40,585 bases of DNA, from positions 1 to 40,585 of the forward strand of contig CAYNCC010000003.1 of assembly GCA_964396035.1 (NCBI GenBank), given 5' to 3'. This stretch comes from an uncultured Alphaproteobacteria bacterium. Its GTDB lineage: Bacteria; Pseudomonadota; Alphaproteobacteria; GCA-002720895. The position numbers and the translations under genes were made by a program. The first letter of the stretch is position 1. The number at the start of each line of letters is the position of its first letter. Below, piece by piece: positions 19,698-29,229 of this stretch. Below the pieces are notes generated by a model, which saw nothing but the letters and a program-made list of their open reading frames with translations, searched no databases and had not been told where the DNA came from.

Positions 19698-20930
19698 TTA
19701 AAAAAAACTTTCTTTTATCCATGTGCCAAATTTCCTCCAAATTAAGCTATTTTCCATTAATGATTTTCCATTAATTTTAATTAGATTTTTCTCTTGCATT
19801 TTTAACATTTTGTATTTAATCAAACCTGCGGATACAGAAAATCCAGGGCCGGAGGTATTTTCTGCAAGTCCTTTGATATTTACTGGTTTCCCTAATCTAA
19901 CTTTAGTACCAAAGTATCTTGAAGCTAAATCACAAATTCCTTTTAATTGTGAAGTGTTTCCAGTTAAGACAATATTATTGGTTAAATTTTTGTTTAAAAT
20001 AGATTTGTAAATTTTTGATTTAACAATTTCAAAAATTTCTTCAATTCTTGAAATTATAATATTATTCAATACTTTCTTTGAAACTTTATGAGTTTCAATA
20101 ATATTAGTGTTCCCAGTTAGTGGAACGTCAATCAATCCATTTTCTTCATTTATATTTAAATCACTGCCATATAGAATTTTTAACCTATCTGCCTCTGAAA
20201 TAGGTGTTGATAAGCCTCTAGCAATATCAGATGAAATATTTAAACCACCAAGTTTGAAAATGTTTGTGTAAATTAATTTGTTATCAAAAAAAGTAGCTAT
20301 AGAAGTATTTCCTGCTCCTATATCTATTACTGTTGAACCAATAAAAAAATCATCATCAGTCAAACAACCAAGACCTGCGGCATATGGTGAAACAACAACA
20401 TCACTTATTTTTACTCTACAGACAGATAAACATTTAACAAAATTATCCAATTCAATTCTACTAGCTGTTACTAAATTGAAACCTGCTAATAATTGATTAC
20501 CTTTTATTCCAATTGGATTTGTAACACCTCTTTGATTATCAATGCTATAGGATGTAATAACTTTATGTATTAACACTCTATCTTTTCCAAATTTTATATT
20601 ATTTACTTTTTTATCTATATTTTTAAGGTCTTCATTAGTAATTTCATTTCCATCTAACGATACATTAAGATTTATTAAATTTGATCTTATTGAATCTGAA
20701 GAAAAATTAACCACAAATTCTTCTATAGTTTCTCCTGACATTTTTTCTGCATCTTTAATAGTTGATATTATAGAATTTTGCGCCAACTCCATATCTATGA
20801 TATTCCCTGATTTTATGCCATTCGAAGATCTGTATCCTATGCCTATAATTTTGGGATTACTCTCTTTTTCTAAATTAGCTATAAAGCATGAAATTTTATT
20901 CGAACCTATGTCTAGTATTCCAATTTTCAT
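19698..20930 (-). CDS. ftsA: Cell-division protein FtsA (actin-like ATPase)
   Basis: Starts MKIGILDIGSNKISCFIA, then VIDIGAGNTSIATF; 410 aa. Position is between ftsQ and ftsZ. The start overlaps the ftsQ stop by 1 nt (TAATG). Confidence 0.93.
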   Translation of the reverse strand: MKIGILDIGSNKISCFIANLEKESNPKIIGIGYRSSNGIKSGNIIDMELAQNSIISTIKDAEKMSGETIEEFVVNFSSDSIRSNLINLNVSLDGNEITNEDLKNIDKKVNNIKFGKDRVLIHKVITSYSIDNQRGVTNPIGIKGNQLLAGFNLVTASRIELDNFVKCLSVCRVKISDVVVSPYAAGLGCLTDDDFFIGSTVIDIGAGNTSIATFFDNKLIYTNIFKLGGLNISSDIARGLSTPISEADRLKILYGSDLNINEENGLIDVPLTGNTNIIETHKVSKKVLNNIIISRIEEIFEIVKSKIYKSILNKNLTNNIVLTGNTSQLKGICDLASRYFGTKVRLGKPVNIKGLAENTSGPGFSVSAGLIKYKMLKMQEKNLIKINGKSLMENSLIWRKFGTWIKESFF

Positions 20931-21745
20931 TAATTTTTTTTCCTCATAACAATTTCATTTTGTTTAATTTTCATATAAATTTTTTTATCTAGAAATCTAA
21001 GATCCACAGTTTCTGTATTTTCTAAATTGATATATTTATGTATTTGATTAACAGCAGTTTGTTTATTTTGATTAGGTAATTTAAATAAAATTCCATTCTT
21101 TGTTGTTAAATCCCATCTTTTATTGGAATAAATTCTAATTTTTGAGATTTTGTTCTTTAAAGATAAATTTTGTTTTAAAAAGACTTTGATGTCTTCAATT
21201 TCACTTAATACTTCAGATCCTTCAAGTTTAATTAGTTTGTAAGCACTAGGATTTTTAACTTCATATATTATGTTTCCTTTGTCACTCACTAAAAAGTTTT
21301 TATTATTTTTATTAAATACTGCAAAAGCTTTATGTTCTTCAATATTTATTGAAATAGTGTCAGGTAAATGCTTTTTAATTGAAACTTCTTTTATCCATGG
21401 CAATTCTTTTAATAGAAATTTTAATTTTTTTGTTTCATATGTAATTAAATTTATATCTTGGTTTGTTTCAATATTGACGATATTTTTTATTAAATCTATT
21501 TTTGTTTGATGCCTGCCTGTTAAATTTATTTTTTTTAATATAAATAAATTAGAAAAATCATTTTTTAATGATGTAAGGAAACCATTCTGATTAAGATTCT
21601 TTTCAAATAGTTTTATATTTAAATTTTTATCTAAAAATAGATATAAGTACAACAAACAAGGAAATAGTAGAAGAATCCCAATTTTAATTAATTTCTTATT
21701 AAAAGAAAATTTCAATATTTTTAAATATTTTACTTGATTTCCCAT
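20930..21745 (-). CDS. ftsQ: Cell-division protein FtsQ (POTRA domain)
   Basis: From Met50 of the ORF-track entry the protein has a short basic N-terminus, one TM segment (IGILLLFPCLLYLYLFL) and a POTRA-like region. The longer ORF to 21892 would overlap mraZ antisense by 91 nt and adds no conserved sequence. Confidence 0.8.
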   Translation of the reverse strand: MGNQVKYLKILKFSFNKKLIKIGILLLFPCLLYLYLFLDKNLNIKLFEKNLNQNGFLTSLKNDFSNLFILKKINLTGRHQTKIDLIKNIVNIETNQDINLITYETKKLKFLLKELPWIKEVSIKKHLPDTISINIEEHKAFAVFNKNNKNFLVSDKGNIIYEVKNPSAYKLIKLEGSEVLSEIEDIKVFLKQNLSLKNKISKIRIYSNKRWDLTTKNGILFKLPNQNKQTAVNQIHKYINLENTETVDLRFLDKKIYMKIKQNEIVMRKKN

Positions 21746-21780
21746 AGTATACCATGATATCCCATATATTACCAAATTCA
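21741..21780. promoter_or_regulatory. Four tandem 10-bp-phased repeats, T(C/A)CCA on plus and TGG(G/T)A on minus, in the ftsQ/mraZ divergent spacer; candidate MraZ operator
   Basis: The plus strand reads CCCATAGTAT ACCATGATAT CCCATATATT ACCAAATTCA. The minus strand reads TTTGGTAATA TATGGGATAT CATGGTATAC TATGGGAAAT. The last unit contains the ftsQ ATG. In E. coli, MraZ is known to bind direct TGGG-type repeats at about 10-bp spacing upstream of mraZ. Confidence 0.4.
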
Positions 21781-21801
21781 ACTTTTTTTTTATAAAAAAA
21801 A

Positions 21802-22272
21802 ATGAGATTATTTTTGTCGCAATATACAAATAAAATTGATATAAAAGGACGCGTTTCTGTTCCGGTAGATTACAGAGGTGGTTTAAAAACAAAGTTTTTT
21901 AATGGGGTTGTTGCCTTTAGATCATATAAATTTAAAACAATAGAAGCTTTAGATTATGAAAGAATGAAAAAAATAGCCGACTCTATTGATGATTTAGATT
22001 TTTTTTCTCAAAATAAAAATGATTTGGCAACAACAATTTTATCTGATTCATATAAATTACCATTTGATAGTGAGGGAAGAATACACTTACCATCTGATTT
22101 ATTAAAATTTGCTGGTATTTCAAATTTTGCTACATTTGTAGGTAGAGGCTCTACATTTCAAATATGGGATCCAAAAATTTTTAAAAATTATTTAAATAAA
22201 ACAAGAGAAAATATCAAAAAGAAAAAATTATCTTTAATTATTAAAGATACAAACAAAAATGAAAAAAATTAA
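21802..22272 (+). CDS. mraZ: Transcriptional regulator MraZ
   Basis: Starts MRLFLSQYTNKIDIKGRVSVPVDYR and has a second SpoVT/AbrB-like repeat (FDSEGRIHLPSDLLKFAGI). It is the first gene of the plus-strand dcw block. Confidence 0.92.
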   Translation: MRLFLSQYTNKIDIKGRVSVPVDYRGGLKTKFFNGVVAFRSYKFKTIEALDYERMKKIADSIDDLDFFSQNKNDLATTILSDSYKLPFDSEGRIHLPSDLLKFAGISNFATFVGRGSTFQIWDPKIFKNYLNKTRENIKKKKLSLIIKDTNKNEKN

Positions 22273-23206
22273 AAATCAATTATTCCACACACCAGTTCTA
22301 ATAAACGAAACAATAAAATACTTATCAATAAAGGAAAAATATATTTATGTAGATGGCACATTTGGAGACGGAGGCCATAGTAAGGCTATTTTGGAAGAGA
22401 ATAATACATGTAAAGTTTTAGCTATTGACAGGGACCCAACTGTATTGAAAAAAGGAATATTGTTTACAAAAAAATATAAAGGACGATTTAAATTAGTTCT
22501 AGATAGAATTAGCAATATTGAACAAATAGTAATTAAAGAGAAATTAAGCAGAATTCATGGAATTCTTTTTGATTTAGGAGTGTCCACTAGACAATTAAAA
22601 GATCCTAAAAGAGGTTTTTCTTTTAAAGAACAAGGACCACTGGACATGAGAATGGAGAAGAAAGGTGTTTCAGCAGAAGAATTGTTAAATAACACAAGTG
22701 AAAAACAATTGGCAGATATAATATTTAATTTTGGAGATGAGAAAGAAGCTAAAAGAATTGCTAGGGCCATACATAGATATAAAAAAAATAAAAAAATAAA
22801 TTCTTCTGTTGAATTTTCAAATATTATAAATAGTGCAAAGAAATATAAGAAAAGTAGGATTAATCCATCTACAAAAACATTCCAAGCTATAAGAATCTTT
22901 ATAAATAAAGAAATTGATGAGTTAAAACAAGGATTAAAGTCTGCTAAGAAAATATTAACTAAAAGCGGAAAATTAGTAGTTATATCTTTTCATTCATTAG
23001 AAGACAAGATAGTAAAAGATTTTCTTAATACTAATTCTCGTAGAATTAATAATAAATCTAGATATTTGCCTCAATTAGAACCAAATATAACATTAAGACC
23101 TAGTTTTAAAATATTGACAAAAAAAGTAATTGTGCCCACAGCAAGTGAAATTAAATCAAATTTTTATTCTAGGTCAGCTAAACTCAGAGCAGCAGAAAGA
23201 TTATGA
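22259..23206 (+). CDS. rsmH: 16S rRNA (cytosine1402-N4)-methyltransferase RsmH/MraW
   Basis: Contains HTPVLINETIKYL...YVDGTFGDGGHS, DLGVSTRQL and ISFHSLEDKIVK. Overlaps mraZ by 14 nt and ends in ATGA with ftsL. Confidence 0.95.
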   Translation: MKKIKNQLFHTPVLINETIKYLSIKEKYIYVDGTFGDGGHSKAILEENNTCKVLAIDRDPTVLKKGILFTKKYKGRFKLVLDRISNIEQIVIKEKLSRIHGILFDLGVSTRQLKDPKRGFSFKEQGPLDMRMEKKGVSAEELLNNTSEKQLADIIFNFGDEKEAKRIARAIHRYKKNKKINSSVEFSNIINSAKKYKKSRINPSTKTFQAIRIFINKEIDELKQGLKSAKKILTKSGKLVVISFHSLEDKIVKDFLNTNSRRINNKSRYLPQLEPNITLRPSFKILTKKVIVPTASEIKSNFYSRSAKLRAAERL

Positions 23207-23502
23207 TTTTAATTAACAAAAAAACTCAAATACTTTTTTCTCTAATATTTGCATTTAGTATTATTTTAATTTTTGTTTTTGCACTAAGAAATAATATAAA
23301 AAGTGATGAAAAATTCTTAGTTGAAATAAAAAAAGAAATTGAACAAGAAAAAGATTTTATAAAAATTTTAAAAGTTGATTTAACAAATTTAACTAAATCA
23401 AATCGAATTAAAAAGCTTGCTAAAGAAAAATTAGGTTTAGAACAAACTAAAATTGATCAAATAAAAAAATTATCTGATTTTGAAAATGGAGAAAAAAAAT
23501 AA
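23203..23502 (+). CDS. ftsL: Cell-division protein FtsL (small bitopic coiled-coil protein)
   Basis: A 99-aa ORF with one TM segment followed by a coiled coil (RIKKLAKEKLGLEQ). The position between rsmH and ftsI is diagnostic. Confidence 0.8.
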   Translation: MILINKKTQILFSLIFAFSIILIFVFALRNNIKSDEKFLVEIKKEIEQEKDFIKILKVDLTNLTKSNRIKKLAKEKLGLEQTKIDQIKKLSDFENGEKK

Positions 23503-25218
23503 ATGTATAACAATAAAGAAAATTTATATAGTTTAAAATTACACGGAGATAAAAAAAATAGATGTTTAAAAGCCATAGGCAGACTTAAATTCTTTTTATC
23601 TTGCTTATTTTTTGGTTTTTTCTTGATAGGATTCAAAATTACCAATCTATCAATTCTTTATAATAAAAATGTTTTTGAAACAAATAATTATTTTAAAAAA
23701 AATAATATTTACAATAAAAGAGCAGATATAGTAGACAGAAATGGGGTAATATTAGCCACCTCATTACCATGGGATGATTTATGTGTAAATCCAAGATTAA
23801 TTAGAAAAGAAGATAAATTAAGACTATCAAAATCTATAGCTGAAATTTTAGATTTAAATGAAAAAGAAATATACAAAAAATTAAATAGTAAAAAAAGCTT
23901 TGTATATTTAAAAAGATCAATAACTCCAAAGAATTACAATGCAATTATGAAGTTAAAGGAGCCAGGAATTTTTAAGTTAAAACAATATAAAAGATACTAT
24001 CCACATCAAGAACACGCATCACATATTTTAGGAGGTGTTAATATTGACAATATAGGTATAAAAGGTATAGAAAAAAATTATGATCAAATTTTAAGGGATA
24101 AGAATTTTATTAATCAAAATAAAAAATTAAATTTATCAATAGACATTAGGATTCAAAAGATTTTGGATGATAAACTTGGAGCAACTATAAGCAAACATAA
24201 AGCTTTAGGTGGGGCAGGCATCATACTTGACATAAAGAATAGTGAAATTTTAGCTATGTCATCATTACCTCAATTTAATCCAAATAAAATGAGTAAATTA
24301 ACAAAAAAAAAAGAATTTAATAAAACAACCTCAGGAGTTTATGAATTAGGTTCTGTTTTTAAATCATTGACCGTTGCCATGGCATTAGATAAGGAAGTAG
24401 TAAATGAAGATACAATATATGATGCAACAGAACCATTAAAGGAAGGGAAATACACTATACATGACTATCATCCTCAAGAAAGACATTTAAAAATTTCCGA
24501 ATGTATTACATATTCTTCTAATATTTGTTTTGCTCAAGTTGGTCAGGATTTAGGAGAGAAGAATATAATAGAATATATAAATAAAATGGGATTAAATAAT
24601 AAAGCTGAGATTGAAATACCTGAGATTGGCCAACCTTTATATTTTGGAAATATTTATTTACCATCTAAATGGAAAAAAACAAATATAATGACTTTTTCAT
24701 ATGGACATGGAGTTGCAGTTTCACCTTTGCAATTTGTTAATGCATTTACTTCTGTTATTAACGGAGGCAATTTTAGAAATTCTACATTGATTAAAGACAA
24801 ATATTTAAATAATGTTCAGATCAATAGAGTAATAAAAGAAGAAACTTCTTATAAAGTTAGAAAATTATTAAGAGAAGTTGTTAGTAAAAAAGAAGGATCT
24901 GGTGATAAAGCTAATGTTCCAGGCTATTCAGTTGCTGGAAAAACTGGCACAGCAATAAAAAGTTATTCTAATCGTTATAACAATAGTAAGAATATTACAA
25001 GTTTTATAGGTTTTTTTCCTAGCTATAATCCTCAATTCTTAGTTTTTATTATGGTTGATGATCCAAAAAAAATTAAAGAGACATTTAATTTTGTAACAGG
25101 AGGTTGGGTTGCTGCTCCAACAGTAAAGAGAATTATTGAAGAAATGTCGCCGATGTTAGGTATATTACCTAAAAAACAACTAGACAAAAATTATAATCAT
25201 GCAAGTTTAAATAATTAA
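23503..25218 (+). CDS. ftsI: Peptidoglycan D,D-transpeptidase FtsI (PBP3)
   Basis: Has an N-terminal TM segment and the transpeptidase motifs SVFK, SSN and KTGT (GSVFKSLT, YSSNICF, GKTGTA). Confidence 0.93.
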   Translation: MYNNKENLYSLKLHGDKKNRCLKAIGRLKFFLSCLFFGFFLIGFKITNLSILYNKNVFETNNYFKKNNIYNKRADIVDRNGVILATSLPWDDLCVNPRLIRKEDKLRLSKSIAEILDLNEKEIYKKLNSKKSFVYLKRSITPKNYNAIMKLKEPGIFKLKQYKRYYPHQEHASHILGGVNIDNIGIKGIEKNYDQILRDKNFINQNKKLNLSIDIRIQKILDDKLGATISKHKALGGAGIILDIKNSEILAMSSLPQFNPNKMSKLTKKKEFNKTTSGVYELGSVFKSLTVAMALDKEVVNEDTIYDATEPLKEGKYTIHDYHPQERHLKISECITYSSNICFAQVGQDLGEKNIIEYINKMGLNNKAEIEIPEIGQPLYFGNIYLPSKWKKTNIMTFSYGHGVAVSPLQFVNAFTSVINGGNFRNSTLIKDKYLNNVQINRVIKEETSYKVRKLLREVVSKKEGSGDKANVPGYSVAGKTGTAIKSYSNRYNNSKNITSFIGFFPSYNPQFLVFIMVDDPKKIKETFNFVTGGWVAAPTVKRIIEEMSPMLGILPKKQLDKNYNHASLNN

Positions 25219-25243
25219 TTTTTTTTAAAACAAGGAATAAATT

Positions 25244-26732
25244 TTGTTACTTTCCGATCTTTTAAAAAACACAAAAGAAAAAGAACAATTAAATTTTAAA
25301 AAATTTAATCCGTTTATAAAAGGTTTAGCGTCCAATTCAAAAAAATATAAAAAAAGGGTTTGTTTTTGTAGCAATTAAGGGAACAAATCTCGATGGTCAT
25401 AAATTTATTGATGAAGCTAAAAAAAAAGGAGCTAAATTTATAGCCGTTTCAAGTAAAAAGATTATAAAAAAATTAAAAAAAGATAAAATAGAATTTCTAA
25501 TATCAAAAAATATAAGATTTTTTTTATCAAAGATTTCTTCTAATTTTTTTAAAAATCAACCAAGTTTTTTATCTGCCGTAACAGGAACAAATGGTAAAAC
25601 ATCTGTGACACATATAACTAAAGAAATTTGGAAAAATTGTAATATTAATTCAGGGTCTATTGGGACTATAGGAATAATTACTGATAAAAAAAAAAGAAAA
25701 GTAGAATTAACAACGTTAGATAGCATTTACTTACATCAAACATTAAATTCTTTTTATAAAAAAAATATTAAAAAAGTTTGTTTAGAAGCTTCAAGTCACG
25801 GATTAGACCAAAATAGAATTGATAATATTAAATTAAATACAGCAGCAATTACAAATATTACACATGATCATTTAGATTATCATAAAAATTATAAACTATA
25901 TTTTCAATCAAAAATGAAGTTGTTTAAAGATATTTTAATATCTAAAGGAACAGCAGTTATAAATTCTGATTTACCTGAAAGCAGATATATTGAAAAATTA
26001 TGTAAAAGGCAAAAAAATAGGATTATAACTTATGGAAAGAAATCAAAAGTTTTAAAACTAATTAAATATGAGAATGAAAAAAATTATCAAAAAATTTTTA
26101 TAAAATTTAAAAATAAAATATTTAGTTTTAAACTTCCTCTAATTGGTTATTTTCAAATTTACAATGCATTATGCTCAATAGGCATAGTAATATCTTCTGG
26201 TATTTCTTTAAAAGAATGTTTAAAAAATATAGAAAAAATTAATCAAATTCCTGGCAGGTTAGAAAAAATAAATATTCCTAAAAGGTTAAAGAATAAAAAA
26301 ATTTCAATATTTATTGATTATGCTCACACACCAGACGCATTAAAGAAAGTCTTGGAAACTTTAAAACAAACATCATTAGGCCAACTATCATTAGTCTTTG
26401 GTTGTGGAGGAAATAGAGATTTAAGAAAAAGACCTTTAATGGGAAGAATTGCAAGAAAACTTGCTGATAAAATATATGTCACAGATGATAATCCAAGAAA
26501 TGAATCTGCTGCGAGGATTAGAAAAGAAATTTTATTAAATTGTCCAAATGGAAAAGAAATAGCTGATAGACAAATAGCAATTAAACAAGCTATAAACAAT
26601 TGTAGTTTTGGAGAAACATTATTAATAGCTGGTAAAGGACACGAAGACTTTCAGGAAATTAAAAATAAAATAAAAAAATTTAACGATAAGGAAATAGTTT
26701 TAAAAATCTTAAATAGTAAAGCATTACATTAA
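25244..26732 (+). CDS. murE: UDP-N-acetylmuramoyl-L-alanyl-D-glutamate--2,6-diaminopimelate ligase MurE; the reading frame is broken by one extra nucleotide at the A7 run 25349-25355
   Basis: A TTG at 25244, 7 nt after AAGGA, opens MLLSDLLKNTKEKEQLNFKKFNPFIKGLASNSKKYKK in frame 2. This runs into a TAA at 25376-25378. Frame 0 from 25356 reads GFVFVAIKGTNLDGHKFIDEAKKKGAKFIAV...TGTNGKTSVTHI and continues into ORF 25605..26732 (DNPR motif, GKGHE). Both parts belong to the same conserved MurE N-domain. Confidence 0.9.
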
Positions 26733-28126
26733 TGAAAAACTTTAATTGGACATTAAAAGAAATAGAAAGCGCTTTATCAATTAAATTAAAAAAAAATTCC
26801 TTAATTTCTAATATTCTAATTAACAGTGCACTAGTTAAAGAAGACGATCTTTTTATTCCTATAAAGGGTAAAAATTATGATGGACATCAATTCATTAAGG
26901 ATGCAATAAATAATGGTGCAAGTTATTCTCTAGCAACTAAGAAAAAATATAAGAAATTTAAATTAGATAGAATTAAAGAAAAAATTATTTTGGTTAAAAA
27001 TATTAATAATTCATTATACAATTTAGCCAAATTTGCAAGGAAAAGGACAAGTGGTAAAATTTTAGGAATAACTGGAAGTGTTGGAAAAACAAGTATAAAA
27101 GAAGCAATAACCTTTATTTTAAAAGAGAAAATAAAAATTCAATCAAGTAAAGGAAATTATAATAATTTAATAGGTATGCCTTTAAGTCTAATAAATTTTA
27201 AAAAAAATATTGATCTTGGTATACTCGAATTAGGCATGAATAGAATAGGAGAAATAAAAAAATTGTCACATATTTCAAGACCTGATATTGCTTTGATTTC
27301 AAAGATTTCTGATGCTCATATTGGAAATTTTAAGAGTATAAAAGATATAGCAATTTCTAAATCACAGATTTTTTCTGGAATGAATAGATCAGGTATTGCT
27401 ATTTTAAATCATTCTGATCCTTATTCAGCTTTATTAAAAAAAAGAGCAAAATTAGATGGAATAAAAAATTTTATTTTTTTTGGCGACTCAAAAGAATGCG
27501 ATGTTAAATTATTAAATGTCCAATCTATAAGTAATGATAAATTTAAAATTTCTGTTGATGCTGCAGGTAAAAAAATTATTTTTAATTTGAATTCTCTTGG
27601 AAAACATTGGATTGAAAATAGTTTAGCTATAATATCTTTTTTTCTTTCAATTAATGAAGATTTAGTATTATTTTCGGAAAGAATTAGTAATTTTAAAGCA
27701 ATTAAAGGCAGGGGTGAAATATTAAAAATTTTGTTTAATAAAAAGAAAATTAGCATTATAGATGATAGTTATAATTCAAGTCCTGAATCTTTAGATAAAT
27801 CAATTTCTTTTTTAAGTCATTATGGCTATAAAAAAAGAAAAATATGTGTTTTAGGAGATATGAAAGAATTAGGAAAATTTTCTAAAAAATCTCACTTAAA
27901 TTTTAAAAAAAAAATTGAGGATAATAAAATTTTTAAAGTTTATACTATTGGCACAGAAATGAAAAATTTACACAATGTTTTAAGTAATTCAATCGACAAA
28001 TTTCATGCTGATAGTTTAAATGAATTATATTCAGATCTAAAAATAACAATTAATTCTAATGATGTTATATTGTTTAAAGGTTCGAGAACTATGCAATTAG
28101 ACAAAATAATTAATAAATTTAAATAA
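26732..28126 (+). CDS. murF: UDP-N-acetylmuramoyl-tripeptide--D-alanyl-D-alanine ligase
   Basis: Mur ligase motifs (GITGSVGKTS, DDSYNSSPES) plus position in the cluster. Has a 1-nt overlap with murE (TAATG). Confidence 0.92.
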   Translation: MKNFNWTLKEIESALSIKLKKNSLISNILINSALVKEDDLFIPIKGKNYDGHQFIKDAINNGASYSLATKKKYKKFKLDRIKEKIILVKNINNSLYNLAKFARKRTSGKILGITGSVGKTSIKEAITFILKEKIKIQSSKGNYNNLIGMPLSLINFKKNIDLGILELGMNRIGEIKKLSHISRPDIALISKISDAHIGNFKSIKDIAISKSQIFSGMNRSGIAILNHSDPYSALLKKRAKLDGIKNFIFFGDSKECDVKLLNVQSISNDKFKISVDAAGKKIIFNLNSLGKHWIENSLAIISFFLSINEDLVLFSERISNFKAIKGRGEILKILFNKKKISIIDDSYNSSPESLDKSISFLSHYGYKKRKICVLGDMKELGKFSKKSHLNFKKKIEDNKIFKVYTIGTEMKNLHNVLSNSIDKFHADSLNELYSDLKITINSNDVILFKGSRTMQLDKIINKFK

Positions 28127-28134
28127 TAGATAGC

Positions 28135-29223
28135 ATGTTTTATTATCTCTCTTTTTTTTTTATTGAAAAAATATCTTTTTTTAATCTTTTTAAATATATA
28201 ACTTTTAGATCTGGAGGTGCTCTATTAACTGCGCTATTTTTAAGTTTTATTTTTGGTCCTATTATTATTAATTGGCTAAAAAAATACCAAAAAAATGGCA
28301 GTTCTGTTAGAGAAGATACACCAAAAAGTCATTTAGTTAAAAAAAGAGGAACTCCCACAATGGGAGGATTATTAATATTATTAACTTTCATAATTAGCAC
28401 ATTGCTTTGGGCTGATATTCAAAACTCATATATTTGGATAGTTTTATTAATTACTTTTGGGTTTGGCACTCTTGGATTTGTTGATGATTATTTTAAAATT
28501 ACATCTAAAAATAAAAAAGGTTTAAAGGCAGGAACAAAATTAATTTTTCAGTTCTTAATTTGTTCAATAACCATATTTTTTCTTTATAATATAATTGATC
28601 ATCAATTTATTAATAAATTAGCGTTTCCTTTTTTTAAAGATTTTTTATTTGATTTAGGGATATTTTTTCCTTTTTTTGCTTTTTTAGTAATTATTGGTAC
28701 ATCTAATGGCGTTAATTTAACTGATGGATTAGATGGTTTAGCTATTGTTCCTGTAATCATAACAATATCATGTCTAGGTATTATTGCATATTTAGCAGGT
28801 AATAAAATTTTTTCAGATTATTTAAATATATTTTTTATAAAAGGGGTAGGGGAATTAACCGTGCTAAGCGGTGCCTTAATTGGATCAAGTCTTGGTTTTT
28901 TGTGGTTTAATGCTCATCCAGCAAAAATTTTTATGGGAGATACTGGTTCATTATCAATTGGAGCTGCTCTTGGTTCAATTAGCATAATAATTAAACATGA
29001 AATAGTGTTATTTTTAATTGGTTTTTTATTTGTTTTAGAAACTTTATCTGTAATTCTTCAAGTATCATATTTTAAAATTTTTCAAAAAAGATTATTTTTA
29101 ATGAGTCCTTTACACCATCATTTTGAGAAGAAGGGATGGCATGAGAATACTATTGTTATTAGGTTTTGGATATTAGCTGTGGTTTTTGCTTTGATTGGGT
29201 TAGCCACTCTTAAAATTAGATAA
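28135..29223 (+). CDS. mraY: Phospho-N-acetylmuramoyl-pentapeptide transferase
   Basis: A polytopic membrane protein with GTPTMGG, NGVNLTDGLDGLA, MGDTGSL and SPLHHHFE. Confidence 0.96.
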   Translation: MFYYLSFFFIEKISFFNLFKYITFRSGGALLTALFLSFIFGPIIINWLKKYQKNGSSVREDTPKSHLVKKRGTPTMGGLLILLTFIISTLLWADIQNSYIWIVLLITFGFGTLGFVDDYFKITSKNKKGLKAGTKLIFQFLICSITIFFLYNIIDHQFINKLAFPFFKDFLFDLGIFFPFFAFLVIIGTSNGVNLTDGLDGLAIVPVIITISCLGIIAYLAGNKIFSDYLNIFFIKGVGELTVLSGALIGSSLGFLWFNAHPAKIFMGDTGSLSIGAALGSISIIIKHEIVLFLIGFLFVLETLSVILQVSYFKIFQKRLFLMSPLHHHFEKKGWHENTIVIRFWILAVVFALIGLATLKIR

Positions 29224-29229
29224 TAATAA

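Noticed and set aside
21746-21892. An extended ftsQ start at 21892 (ORF-track N-terminus MFLNHLCNLPEQKRV...)
   Set aside because: It would overlap mraZ antisense by 91 nt and adds a non-conserved hydrophobic extension. Met50 (21745) gives the standard FtsQ layout of a short cytoplasmic tail followed by a TM segment.
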